Source of the DNA: the human T2T-CHM13v2.0 reference genome, Homo sapiens
Reading direction: 5' to 3' (one strand)
DNA length: 64,000 nt
Assembly: GCF_009914755.1 (NCBI RefSeq)
Contig: NC_060925.1
In this document: positions 27,776 to 41,215 of the stretch, piece after piece
Position numbering within the stretch: position 1 is the first letter of the stretch
Layout of the letters: each line of letters opens with the position of its first letter
The notes under the pieces: generated by a model
The model's database searches: none
What the model was told of the DNA's origin: nothing
The model's input: the letters and a program-made list of their open reading frames with translations, nothing else
Translations under genes and position numbers: made by a program

Positions 27776-27849
27776 CCTTCCTTCCTTCCTCCCTCCCTCC
27801 CTCCCTCCTTTCTGCCTTCCTTCCTTCCTTTCTTCCTTCCTTCTTCCTC
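27776..27849. repeat. (CCTT)n/(CCCT)n pyrimidine tract
   Basis: Seen directly; adjoins an Alu poly-T tail. Confidence 0.85.
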
Positions 27850-28053
27850 TTTTTTTTTTTTTTTTTTTTTTTTTAGAGACAGGGTCTTGCTGTCCAGTCA
27901 CTGACTGGAGTGCAGTAATGCAATCATGGCTTGCTGTAGCCTTGAATTCCTGGGCTCAAGCAATCCTCAGCCTTCTGAGTACCTGGGACTACAGGCTTGC
28001 ACCCCTGGGCGCGGTGGCGTGTGCCTGTAATCCCAGCACTTTGGGAGGTCAAG
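27850..28053. mobile_element. Rearranged AluJ: minus-strand right arm fused to a plus-strand Alu 5' segment
   Basis: Orientation flips at about 28004/28005. Confidence 0.75.
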
Positions 28054-28112
28054 AGGTCTCTCCAGGCCTTTCCATGTGCTGTTTCTCCTGCTGGGAATGC
28101 CCCTCCACTGGC

Positions 28113-28433
<321 letters not shown>

Positions 28434-31060
28434 TAGTGGACTAATTTGCTGCAGGTCTCAACTTCCATAACAGGTCTGAGAAGGCTTCTGTGGGCTTCTG
28501 ATTACATATTCTGTCTTAGTCCTGAGCTTTGAAACACTGTCAACGTAATACAAATGGTTATTCAATAGTTATTGGCGCAATCATCTGTTGAATGCGTCTT
28601 TTCCCGCAGCTTGGGGCCTCCAGGAGGGCAGGGACTGTGGCTGTTTTGCCCACTGCTGTGCCCCTGGTGCTGTGATGTGCCTGGGATGTGGTGAGAGCTC
28701 AGTGCATGAGTGCTGAATGAATAATTGAAGCGGGATTCTCTAAGCTATAGTTTCTTTATCCAAAAATGGGCCTACGAGTATCTTTCTTTTAAATGGGAAT
28801 AGACATAACATTCATTCCTTTCCTATCCTCAACCTTTGCAAAAAAACTTAGAAGAAATAAATGGGCTTGTGAATTAGTAGCCTGAAAAAGCTGCAACTCA
28901 AGGGATTGAACATGAAGTTGGAATGGTAATTCTGGAATGGTTGAGGCGTCCCTAGCTTCTGCAACTGGTGGTTGGGCTGAATGATCCTCTCTGGTCCTGG
29001 GGTGAAGGAGTCCTTTCTCCTGGGGATGAGAGAGCTGGTTTGCTTATGTGTGCAGGGCCAGGGCTGGGCTGAGAAATTCATGGAGAACTGGGGTGGGGGC
29101 TGCATTCCACCCTAGGTGTGACTTAGAACTCTCTCTTGGGCTGGTGGAAGGTAGGATGGCCCAGGACAGACCTGCTCCCCTACGCTGGACAGGGAATTTC
29201 CTGGAAGAGGTGACCTAGAGTTTAGGCCTGAGGGATTGGGAAGGTGAGCTTGGCAGGTGGTGAGGGGAAACTGTTCTAGTGTTCTAGGCTAAGGAAAGAG
29301 CATGTCCAAAGGCCTGGAGGTGAGATGGCAGGGTGGGACTGAGGAAGGAAAAGTTCAGAGTGGTGGCTGGGCAGGTGAGGAGAGGCTGGGCCACGTGCAA
29401 AGCTGGAAGAGGCCAGCTTGGGCCAGGGAACGAGGGAAGAGAAGCCTTGGAGGAGGCTGACGCTTGTGGGGCTCTGCGTATATGTGTGTGTGTGCATACA
29501 TGTGTGTGTGAATGTGTGTTGGGGAGGTGGATGGGGCACAGGGGGCAGTATCTTCAGCCTCCTACCAGCAACTATGCACACAGAAGCCCAGCCGGTATCC
29601 CCACAGAGGCAGACGCCCCGGCACTGCCTTGTCGGAAACCCGCCGGGGCAGGAGCAGCTGCTTCTAAATCAAGGCCAAAGGCAGCCAAGGGGCCGGGTTG
29701 GGTTTGGTGGTTCTGCTGTATGGGCTGATGTGGGGGCAGGGGCTGAAGGGGGCTCTTGGGCAGGGATTCTGGGCCAGAATGAGCCTGGCTGGTTTGGGGA
29801 AGTTTATTTTGGAAGCTGGGATGATGCAAAATTAAGTGGGGAGGAAAAAATAGATGAGGCGACCGAGAGGGTCTGTCTGTGGCTGGCGGGGCTGTAAGTG
29901 GCCAGCGAGAAGTGCGTTGTTGGGTAAACAGATGGGGGTGGCAGCTTTCTGCACGCTCGCTATAAATATCCCGCAGTTTGCCGCCCCTGCTGGGGTTTCC
30001 TGGCACCGTGGGTGTGGAGATCAAGGTACAGACACAGGGCACTTCCGGAGTGGCAGAGGGTGGCCAGGGCCCTGCTCAGATCCCAGCCTCCTGGGGGTGG
30101 AGTGGGCACCGGGAACTGAGGCTGAGGCCCGAGTGGGGGCGGGAGATGCTTCTTTGCTATTAACTGGCTGTGGTTCTTGGGCAAGCCCTGTGACTTCCGT
30201 GGGCCTCAATTTCTTCACCTGTAAGATGGGCATGATAAAATGAGGCAGGGCATGTGTCGCTGCTGGCACAGGGACAGGCACCCTGGAGACACTCAGGAAA
30301 TGATCAAGTGCTTAGGCGCTGTGTGACCTGGGCGAGTTCTCTCGTTGCCCTGAGTCTCAATTTCTTCATTTCTTCTTCCAAAATATGGGGAGAAGAACCA
30401 CTGTCTGGAGGCTGAAATGGAACCATGGGTCTGGCACTGGACTTGCAATGTGTGTGGTATTTCAGGACAAAGTTGGGGCCCGGCTGGAGCCCTCCCCCAG
30501 CCCTCTGCAGCTGCTATGGGATTTGTCTCATCTCTGCAGTATGGTAGTGATGATAATGGTGATAATAGCAGCCAGGCCCACTGCGAGCCTTTTGGTGACC
30601 CAAGGGCTTTGTAAACTGTTATCTGAGTTCTTCGTTATCTCAGCTGATTTTCCCACCTCCTCACCTCTTACAGATAAAGAATCCGAGGCGCAGAGAGGTG
30701 GCACTGCTGGAAGGAACAGAGCCAGATCCACAAGATCCTTCATTCCGACAATAAATATTCACTGAAGATCTGCCACATGTCAGGCCCCAGCCCAGGTGCT
30801 GGGGATTTAGCAGAAAACCAGCCAGACCCATTTCCTGCATCCATGGAGTGCACAGGCTGGTGGGGGAGATGGGCTAGAAATCCATGAACCAAATTATACT
30901 GAGACGAGCGAGCACCGAGCGCCTAGCGTGGACTGCGACCGCTCGGGCTCCTGTATCTGTGACAGATGTGCTTGGGCTCCTCGTAGGACCGAGGGACTTT
31001 GTTATCCACACCACTGGCCTTGAAGTTGGCTGCTACCTGATGAGATGAATTAAGAACATA

Positions 31061-31426
<366 letters not shown>

Positions 31427-33833
31427 TCAGGCTGGCTGGGCAGAAGGGGATGAAAACATTGCCTTATACACACTTGTAGAATATGTCGCAATGGGAGAAA
31501 TCTTCCCATAGCTTCTCATGAGTCCAGTGAATTAGGCAGGGCAGGTATCATTGTCCCTATTTTACAGATCAGGAAATTGAGGTCCAGTGAGGTGTCTTGG
31601 CCAGGACACTCAGTCAGGACGTGACATGAACACAGGACTGTCTGACTTCAAATCCAGTGCTCCTTCCCCTGCAGGTGAGAAGGGGCCCCTGTAGCAGTGG
31701 GAGAGGGCCCAAGGCCCCAGCTGCCCCTGAGGACCCCTTCAAGCTCAGCAGTGAGACTTTGGCCAGGGGAAGGGCAGGCATTTTATCCCGTCTCTTGCAT
31801 TCCGTTCAGAAGGTCCCTGTCTGCAGCTGGAGGGTGGAAGGGACTCTGGACAGGGTCACTAGAGACCCTGCTCTGCCCTTTACCAACAATGCTGTGGGAA
31901 TCCGGCGCATGCTCTCTGAGCCTGCGTTCTTCTCTGTAAACGAAAGGGTTGGACTTGATGATCTCTAGAGAGCATTTTAGGCCCTGGGGGCAGAGCTGGG
32001 AGCAAGGATCCATCTGAGAGTGGTTCAGGACAAGACTCATGCTCCAGCCCCAGCTGGGAGACTTGGTCTCTGGCTGATGGTGAAGTCTCTACCCACAGCG
32101 AGCCGAGCCAGGGAGCTGGGGAGGGAGGATATCTTTGCAGGCCACTGGGATCTCTGCAATGAGGCCATGGGGCCAGGGTCTTTCTGCTGTCTCCCCTCCC
32201 TGCCCAGTCCCCACCCCACTGACTGGGGGACAGTGCTCCAGGCAGCTGGAATGGGACACGGTTTGTGTGGCAGCGAGATATCCAGGCTCTCCTCCTTCCA
32301 GATCTAAGGTAGGAATGCACTTCCCACCCCCTTGAAGTTAGAGGTGGCTGTGTGACTGGCTTCGGCCAGCAAAATGTGACAGCAAGCAACAACTAGCAGG
32401 ATGGGGGTGACTTGGGACCTGGGTGGGGACAACACAGAGCAGATGGGGCTTTGGGGTCTCTCCCACTGCTCTCCCATCCATAGGCATGCGGTGTGAACAG
32501 GAGCAATCCCTTCACAGTGTGGAGCCACCGGCTTTGGAGTTGTTTGTGGCTGCAGTGTGTAACCCAGCATCTCCTGACTGATGTTATAGGTTCTGCCGGA
32601 GGGGCAAATGCGGGCAGCAAGGGCTTGCAGCCCTGGAATTAACAAATGAGTACTAATGAGCCCTCCCTTCCTCCCTCCCTCCCTTTCTCCTTTCCTTCCT
32701 TCTTTTCCAAAATATATTTATCCATCTATTTATTTGTCCATCCAAGGATTCAAACCCAGGTCTGCTTGACTAGGAAGGCCGGCCCTCTCCATGGTGCCAG
32801 GACAACTCTTTGGAGAAGATGCCCCTCTCTCTGCCTGCCTGAATCTTCTCCGTCCACAAAGACCTGCTCCATCCTCCCTCCTCCAGGAAGCTTTCCCTGA
32901 CTGTCCCTGGGCCCAGCCAGGGTGTCTGGGGGGCTGGAGAGACCCACAGAGCCCTGATCACCGTGGCTGGCCCGTAAGTGTGGCGACTGAGTCCCAGTCT
33001 GGAGGCACAGCTGGACTTTCCCAGAGAGAACTGAGGCATTGTGGGAATTTCCCAGCTGTGACCCCAGGACCCTGATTGCCCAGAATGGCTCCAAGTTCAC
33101 ATATCTAGGGACCGTCACCAAGACTCCTGTATCTATATTAAACTCGGTAAATGTGATGACCCTGGAAATGTGCCCTCAGCATCACAACCGCACTCTTGGC
33201 CCCTCCAGAATTCAGAGCCACTTTGGGAGTCCACCCTGAAGCCCAGTTCAGGCTTCCCCTTAATGTGGGGAAATTGGGTTTAAGTGAAATTGTCATCTGC
33301 TGGTTGGGGAGGAGGGACACTCAGGCCTCTGCTATTTCCTCTGGGCTCTCCCCAGCAGTCCTCACTAGGGTACCGAGAAACAGGGGCTTCGCTCATCCTC
33401 CAGAGGCAGGGTAGCCTAGTGGTAAATGCACGGGCTTTGCAGGCAGACAGTGAGACTGAGTCCCTTCCACCTCTGTGTGGTCCCTGAGGAGGAACTTCAC
33501 ATCCCTGAGCTGATCCTCAGTTTTCACATCTGTAAAATGGGGGGTTTCCTCAGGTTGGAGGCTTGAGGTGAGAATGTGATGAGACAGTGAAAGTGTGTGA
33601 AGCACCCGGCACATAGTAGGTGCGCACTCAGTTGCAGTTACTGTCAATGGTTGTAGCCCTGCACTGGCAGGACCTTACGCAGTGACATACAGAGATCTGG
33701 TGGCAGGAGTCTGGGTGGCGGTGGCAATTATATTTCTCAACTGTATAAATCCAGCTCCCCTTGTGGGAGGAGCTTAACCCCTGGGTTAAATGTTGGGACC
33801 AGGATCAACTGCACAGTTAAACGTACATTTCTT

Positions 33834-34587
<754 letters not shown>

Positions 34588-35258
34588 TCATTAACCCCAT
34601 TCTACAGATGGTGCAACTGAGGCTCAGAGAAGCTGAGGGACTGACTGGTCGAGGTCACAGAGTGAATTAAGGATGAAGTGCAGATTCCGGCCTAGGTCCC
34701 TGCCTGCCCCAACTCCCATGCTCTTTCCTGCACGGACAGTGCTCAGGTCTCTGTGCTGGTCACTTCCCCAGCACCAGTGGAGGTCCAGTGAGACAGTCTG
34801 AGCAGCTTTGGCAAAGGCTCTCCTTGCTCCCATAGTAGGGGAGCCCTGGGGCGTGGCTTTGGCGGCTATGCTGGCCAGAGTGCAGGCTGAAATCTGCTCT
34901 GGGGTGACTTGGTTGAGCTCCCTGGGGGTCCAAGGGTCCAAGGAAGGGGGCAGGATTTGGCTAGTGGGCAACAGCTGGAGAGTTGGCAGCTTTCATCCCA
35001 GCATCTCCACCTTCCTCCCCAGGGCCCTTTTCTCCTCTTTCCTCTCCTCACCAGGGACACCGCCACCTTCATTCTGAAGCCCACATCCCTACTTCTTGTT
35101 AGGGAAGGGAATCAGCCTGAGGGTCCCTGGACTTGAATGAGGTCACAGTTCCCATTGTAGAGATCAGTGAATCAAGGCCCAGGGATAGGAAGGGAAACTT
35201 GGCCAAGTGGCAGAGCCAGAACCAAGAGCTCCGGACTCCCTGCCTGGGACTCCTTTCT

Positions 35259-35384
35259 AATTTTTTTTTCTTTTATTTATTTATTTATTTATTTTTTTTA
35301 TTGATCATTCTTGGGTGTTTCTCGCAGAGGGGGATTTGGCAGGGTCATAGGACAATAGTGGAGGGAATGTCAGCAGATAAACAA
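35259..35384 (-). mobile_element. Severely 5'-truncated SVA (SINE-R 3' end plus tail)
   Basis: tttattgatcattcttgggtgtttctcgcagagggggatttggcagggtcataggacaatagtggaggga is the SVA terminus. Perfect 15-bp TSD ctgggactcctttct at 35244-35258 and 35385-35399. Confidence 0.92.
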
Positions 35385-37443
35385 CTGGGACTCCTTTCTT
35401 TAGACAACTACGAGGATGGGCTTATGTCCCTAGGAGACACCAGTTGGTTCCCATGGAAAACGGGCACAGATGATCTGAAATCAGATCTGAAATCAGAAAT
35501 GAAGGTGGTTTCGGGCTACACCATCAGCACAGTCACACCACCCAGAGCCCCTCTTCCTGCCCTCCCCGTGTTCGGGACGAAGTGTGTTCTTTCTTGCAGG
35601 AGTAAAGGGGCAGCAATGTTTAATCCAGCTCCTCAATTCTCATGGCGAAATTTCAGGCATGGTGGCACCTGGGCCGGGGAGAGGTTTTGGAGCTAGCGGA
35701 TATTCCTGGCTTCTCCCTGGCCCCCCTCCACGGTGACCTTTGGGAAGCTGACCAGGGCCCTTGCGCCAGGGCGGCCATCCTCGGAAGACTGTTTCTGTGT
35801 CTTCCTGTTGCGGTTTTGACTCTGGAGAAATGTTCCAGCCTTGAACTCACAGAGGGCCGGCCCCATGTGAAGCTCGAAGTTTGTTCAGCCGTTTTGGGCT
35901 CTCGGTGGCCGGGAGCTCAGCCTTAAGCAAAGTCCAAACTGACCGCAGCTTTCCCGGGCAACTCTGGAGCGGACGGGCCTATTTATATGTGGTGGGTTTT
36001 ATATCACCACTTCCCTCCACGCTCAGTTTGTGAAGGTTTTTCTCCAGGGGGAGGAGGCATGGCCTTCTTTCCACCATCACCCTCACTTTTCCTGGCCCCT
36101 CAGGCCTGAGGGTGCCCCAGCCGGACAAAGGGAGGCAGGGTCACGCAATGGTTAGGATGTGGCACAGAAAGACCTGGCTGTAAGTCCTTCAGGTCTTAGC
36201 TCCAACAGCACCTCCTCCACGAGGCCTTCCCTGCCCTTTTTATTGTCCTCACGGATCTTACCACTGTGGGAATGATCTCGTCATGCATTTATTTGCCTTA
36301 CTGTCTGTCTCCCTGGCTAGGAGGCCAGCTCCGTGGGTGCGGGGGCCATGTCTGTGCACAGGTGTATCCTCAGTGCCCAGATCGGTGCCAGGCATACTAT
36401 AGGTGCTCAATATAAGAATGCAGAACAAATGCAAAGACAGGGTGTGCTCCCTCCAGCAGGGGTTCTCCAACTTCAAGGTGCATGAGAATGTGGTAGCGCA
36501 CTTGTTAACTGCATGCCGAGCATCTGGATCCCTGGGCTGGGGTGGGCAGGCATCTGCAACTGGGCAGGAAGCCATCTGCTGGAAGACACTGCCCCAGGGA
36601 CCCTGGGACTCAGAGCCCAGAGCGTGGCAGGACTGGTGCTAAGCTGTGGGCACAGCTCCCTAAACTCTCTGTCTGGGGGGCTGGGAGGGACTTGAAGGGG
36701 CCTCAGCTGGGGGCATTGGAGGATTCGCTTCCACTCCCAGGGGAAGCCAGGCTCTCCCTCCACTGGCGTTTGTATCACGGATCTCACCTTCTTCAAGTTC
36801 TTTGTTTAATGCCTGTTCTTGCTGTTCGACTCTAAGTGCACAGGGACTCAGTCAGTGTCTAATTGCCCTAGATCAAGGCAAGCAGGGCCCAGGCTTTGAC
36901 CCTGGATCTGGCTATGGTTACTTCTGGCCCACACCCCGTCCCACAGGGTAAGGGGCCAAGAGTAGGTGCCCACCCAGAGCCCAGACCACCCCGGCTTGTA
37001 GAGCACACTCTGGATGCTGGAATGGCCTGCTCCAAAGGCCTGAGCCTGCTCCGGGGCCTGTGTGGCTCCCTTCCTGTGACCCATTCTCCTGAGGGTGGAC
37101 TCCACTATGCTGCTAGGCCTGGAGGTGGCCATGGAGCCTATGTTTGGGGGACATGGACAGAGCTTGGATGTGTGGGCTGCAGTGGCCACACACTGGGCCC
37201 AGTTGGGAAGAGAAAGAGGACAGAGTGTAGCTGGGGCCTTCCTGATACTCTTACTGGGGGTATGCAAAACTGAGTCTCATTTCCAGTTGTATCCCTAGTG
37301 CCTCACTTGGGGCCTCGTGCCTGGTGCCTGGCTCACCCGCTCCTGGGTTCTCCCCAGCCTTCTCTGCTTCAAGCCTGCACCCCCCTTAGAAAGCAAGCAA
37401 GAGAAGGGCTGGGAAGAATGCAAACGTGTTATTTCCTGGCTTG

Positions 37444-37786
37444 TGTCTTAGTCCATTTAAACTGCTCTAACAAAATAGCTGAGACTAGGTAATTTATAAA
37501 GAACAGAAATGTATTGCTCACAGTTCTGGAGGCTGGGAAGTCCACGATCATGGTGTTGACATCTGGCGAGGGCCTTCCTGCTGTGTCCTCATGTGGCAGA
37601 AGAGCGGTAGAGAGGGAACCCACACTCCTGCAAACTCTTTTATAACAGCATCACTCTATTCATGAGGGTGGAGCCCTCATGACCTAAACAGCTCCCAAAA
37701 GGCCCCGTCTTCCAGTGCTGTTGCATTGGGGATAAGTTTTCAACACATGAATTTTGGGAGGGGACGAAAACCTTCAATCCATACCC
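37444..37786 (-). mobile_element. MaLR solo LTR (MST/MLT1 class)
   Basis: tgtcttagtcc...taatttataaagaacagaaat...ctcacagttctggaggctgggaagtcc...caacacatgaattttggg. Confidence 0.8.
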
Positions 37787-38367
37787 CTGTGCATGTTCCT
37801 CATTTACTGAGGGCCTGCTGCTGAATCCAGACCTTTCTTAAGTTTCCACGTTTAATCCTCATGGCATCCAGCGGTAGGTAGTGCGTTCTCTGCCCTGTGA
37901 TGCTCAGAGGAGTCAGGTGACTCAGGCAAGGCCACACAGCCAGAAGAACCCCCTTGCTTTTTTGACTCCAAAGTCAGTGCTCACAGGTTGGGGGAACTCA
38001 TTTCTTAGCAAAGATCATGTGGATGGGTGCACCTGCTGATGGGAGTGGTGAAGGGGTGATGCAAGAAGAGGGCATGGCTGTGCTGTGAAGCTTGTCCTGA
38101 AGAGGGCAAGGACAGGTCTCAGGTCAGATAGGACGAGAGCCACCAGGTGGTCAGCAGTGCTGAGGCACAACTTGGGAGCCCTTCAGGTCCCCATAAGCAC
38201 CATCAGACCTCTCAGAGCCTCCCCAGATAAACACTAGTCAAGTTAAAAAATGGTCTGACTATGCCATGCAGTGTCAGTTTCAATACTCTGGCTCCCTTCC
38301 AACCAGGTGGCTGCCCCCAAACTCAGGACTCACCACTGGGTGGGGCAGAGATCACACAGCCCAGCAG

Positions 38368-38966
38368 CCCTGGGGAAAGGGGTGAGGCCTCAGTGTTCCC
38401 TCAGGAGAGGGCTGAGTCCCTCAGTGTCTTCTCAGGAAGGGGATGGAGCCCTCAGTGTCCCTCGGGAAGGGGATGAAGCTCTCAGTGTCCGCAGGAAGGG
38501 GATGGAGCCCTCAGTGTCTTCTCAGAAGGGGATGGAGCCCTCAGTATCCCTCGGGAAGGGGATGAAGTCCTCAGTGTCCCCTCGGGAATGGGATGAAGCC
38601 CTCAGTTTCCCCTCAGGAATGGGATGAAGCCCTCAGTGTCCCCTCAGGAAAGGAATGAAGCCCTCAGTGTCCCCTCAGAAAGTGGATGAAGCTCTCAGTG
38701 TCCCCTCAAGAAGAGGATGGAGCCCTCACTGTCCCCAGGTAGGGGATGAAGCCCTCAGTATCCCCTCAGGAACGGGATAAAGCCCTCAGCATCCCCTCAG
38801 GAAGGGGATGAAGCTCTCAGTGTCCCCAGGAAGGGGATGGAGCCCTCAGTGTCTTCTCAGGAAGGGGATGGAGCCCTCAGTGTCCCCTCAGGAAGGGGAT
38901 GAAGCTCTCAGTATCCCCTCAGAACAAAGGTGAACCTCTGTGTCCCCTCAGGGAATGGTGGCCCTC
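38368..38966. repeat. Minisatellite/VNTR, ~19 copies of a 29-31 bp unit gccctcagtgtcccctcaggaaggggatgaa
   Basis: The ctcag anchor recurs at 38389, 38420, 38451, 38481, 38510 ... 38907 and about 38936. Confidence 0.95.
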
Positions 38967-40405
38967 CTGACAGCACCCTCGGTCAGTCAGTGTTGAGTCC
39001 CATGCCGGCACTGCGCTAGTTTCATTGTCAGAGCAGCCCCCGGGGTGGCTACAGCTGTCATCCTCACGCTGCCGCGTCACTGCGTCATGAGTAACGTCCA
39101 GTAACTGCGGTTCAGAGAGGTGGAGCCACTGCCTGAGGTCAGGAAGCTGCAGGTAGCAGGGGAGCGGGTTGGCCCAGGCCTCTCTGGCTGCCAAGGCAGG
39201 AGCGGTCCCCGTGTGCCACCTGGGTGTTGCTGGACCTTGGACAGTGTGGCCAGAGGATCCGGAAGGGGTGAGTTCTGCTCCTGGCTCCCCTTGCTCCCAG
39301 ACTGACCAGAGGTGTGTGGCATCTGGGGCTGTGGGGAGCTGGGGTGGGCCAGGAGCAGTGGGGGCAGGGGCTGGGGAGGGGTGGGAAACCCAGCCTGGCA
39401 GTGCCAATCCTAGCAGGAAGCACCTTTGCTTGTTCAGTCAGCCTGTGGGCAGAGGGCAGCTGTGTGGGGTGGCCGCTGCCACCAGCCAGAGATGGTTTCT
39501 AAGGGCAGAGGGTAAACAGTCACCTTGGCTACTTGGGCGTGCCATGGGTGGTGGTAGGTCAGCTCTGGAATATTCCGGGAAGTGAAGGAAGGAAATGGGA
39601 GGCCTCGGGTTGTGAGAGCAAGGTGGAGGCCATGAGCGGGAGGGCCCAAGAGGGCGTCTTCTGTCCTAGAATGCTGGCTACACAGAAGCCAGGCCATGTG
39701 GGAGGGCTGGGATTGTCTCCTCCCCAGGGAGCAGGGTCCTGGCAACAGGACCCCAGGGAGGCTTCTGCTCTGGTTGAGCCCGCTGCTTCCCGTGTGATGG
39801 GAGAGAAAGACAGCGTCTGGTTTCTTATTAATCATGAGTCCTTTCTGATCCCATACCACGGGCTGTCTACTTTCCATTTCATTTATTCAGCCCACAAATA
39901 GTGATCAATCCAGGCTCTGAACTAGGCCTGGGGTACAGCAGTGAAGACAAACACAGGCTCTGTCTTCGAGGCACTTGCAGTCTGGAATTGCGAGGTGAAA
40001 CCACCTTCAGCAAAGCAAAGCAAAACACAGTGCAGCGGGGAGAGGATCATGTAATTGGGAGACTTTCAGACGTGCTGGCTTCAGGGCAAAACAACATTTT
40101 TGGCCTTAGCTGCTCTCTCTGCCTCCTGCTTCTGCTTTCTCTGTCTGGGGCTTCATTCTCATCTGGGCATTCTCCATGGTGCAGGGAAGGTGGCTGCCCT
40201 CACCAGTCTCCCTGCAGCGCCTCTGCCCTCTATCAACGTCCGTACGTCCGGGCTTAATCCAGACCCACTTTTGACACCATTGGATGTGGGTGAAATCGTT
40301 ATCCTGAGAAAGAGGCAAAAAGCAATGTGTCTATGAGTGGGAAGATGGACATTCAGGGACCAATTTAACCAATACTTAATGTAATTATCATTGTGACTGG
40401 TGCTA

Positions 40406-40770
<365 letters not shown>

Positions 40771-40845
40771 AATAAATATGGGTCTGAGAAATCAAGAAAG
40801 GCTTCGTGGAGGAAGTGGCCTTTGAATGGAGATTTGAATCATAAG

Positions 40846-41215
40846 CAGTCTGTTTCACGCTGCTGATAAAGACATACCTGAGACCGGGTAATTTATAAAG
40901 AAAAAGAGGTTTAATGTATTCACAGTTCCACACGAGTGGAGGGTAGTGAGGCTGAGGAGGCCTCACAATCACGGTGGAAAGCAAAAGGCATGTCTTGGGT
41001 GGTGGCAGACAAGAGAGAGAGAGCCAAGCGAAAGAGGAAACCCCTTATAAAACCTTCAGATCTCATGAGACTTATTCACTACCACGAGAGCGGTATGGGG
41101 GAAACTGCCCCCATGATTCAATTGTCTCCCACCGGGTGCCTCCCACAACACATGGGAATTATGGGAGCTGCCATTCAAGATGAGATTTGGGTGGGGACAC
41201 AGCCAAACCATATCA
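40846..41215 (-). mobile_element. THE1 (THE1C-like) MaLR solo LTR inside an L2 fragment
   Basis: cacgctgctgataaagacatacctgagac...gagatttgggtggggacacagccaaaccatatca terminus. Confidence 0.85.

Noticed and set aside
38368-38966. CRISPR-like appearance of ~30-bp palindromic repeats
   Set aside because: Units are contiguous with no unique spacers, there are no cas genes, and the context is human; it is a minisatellite.
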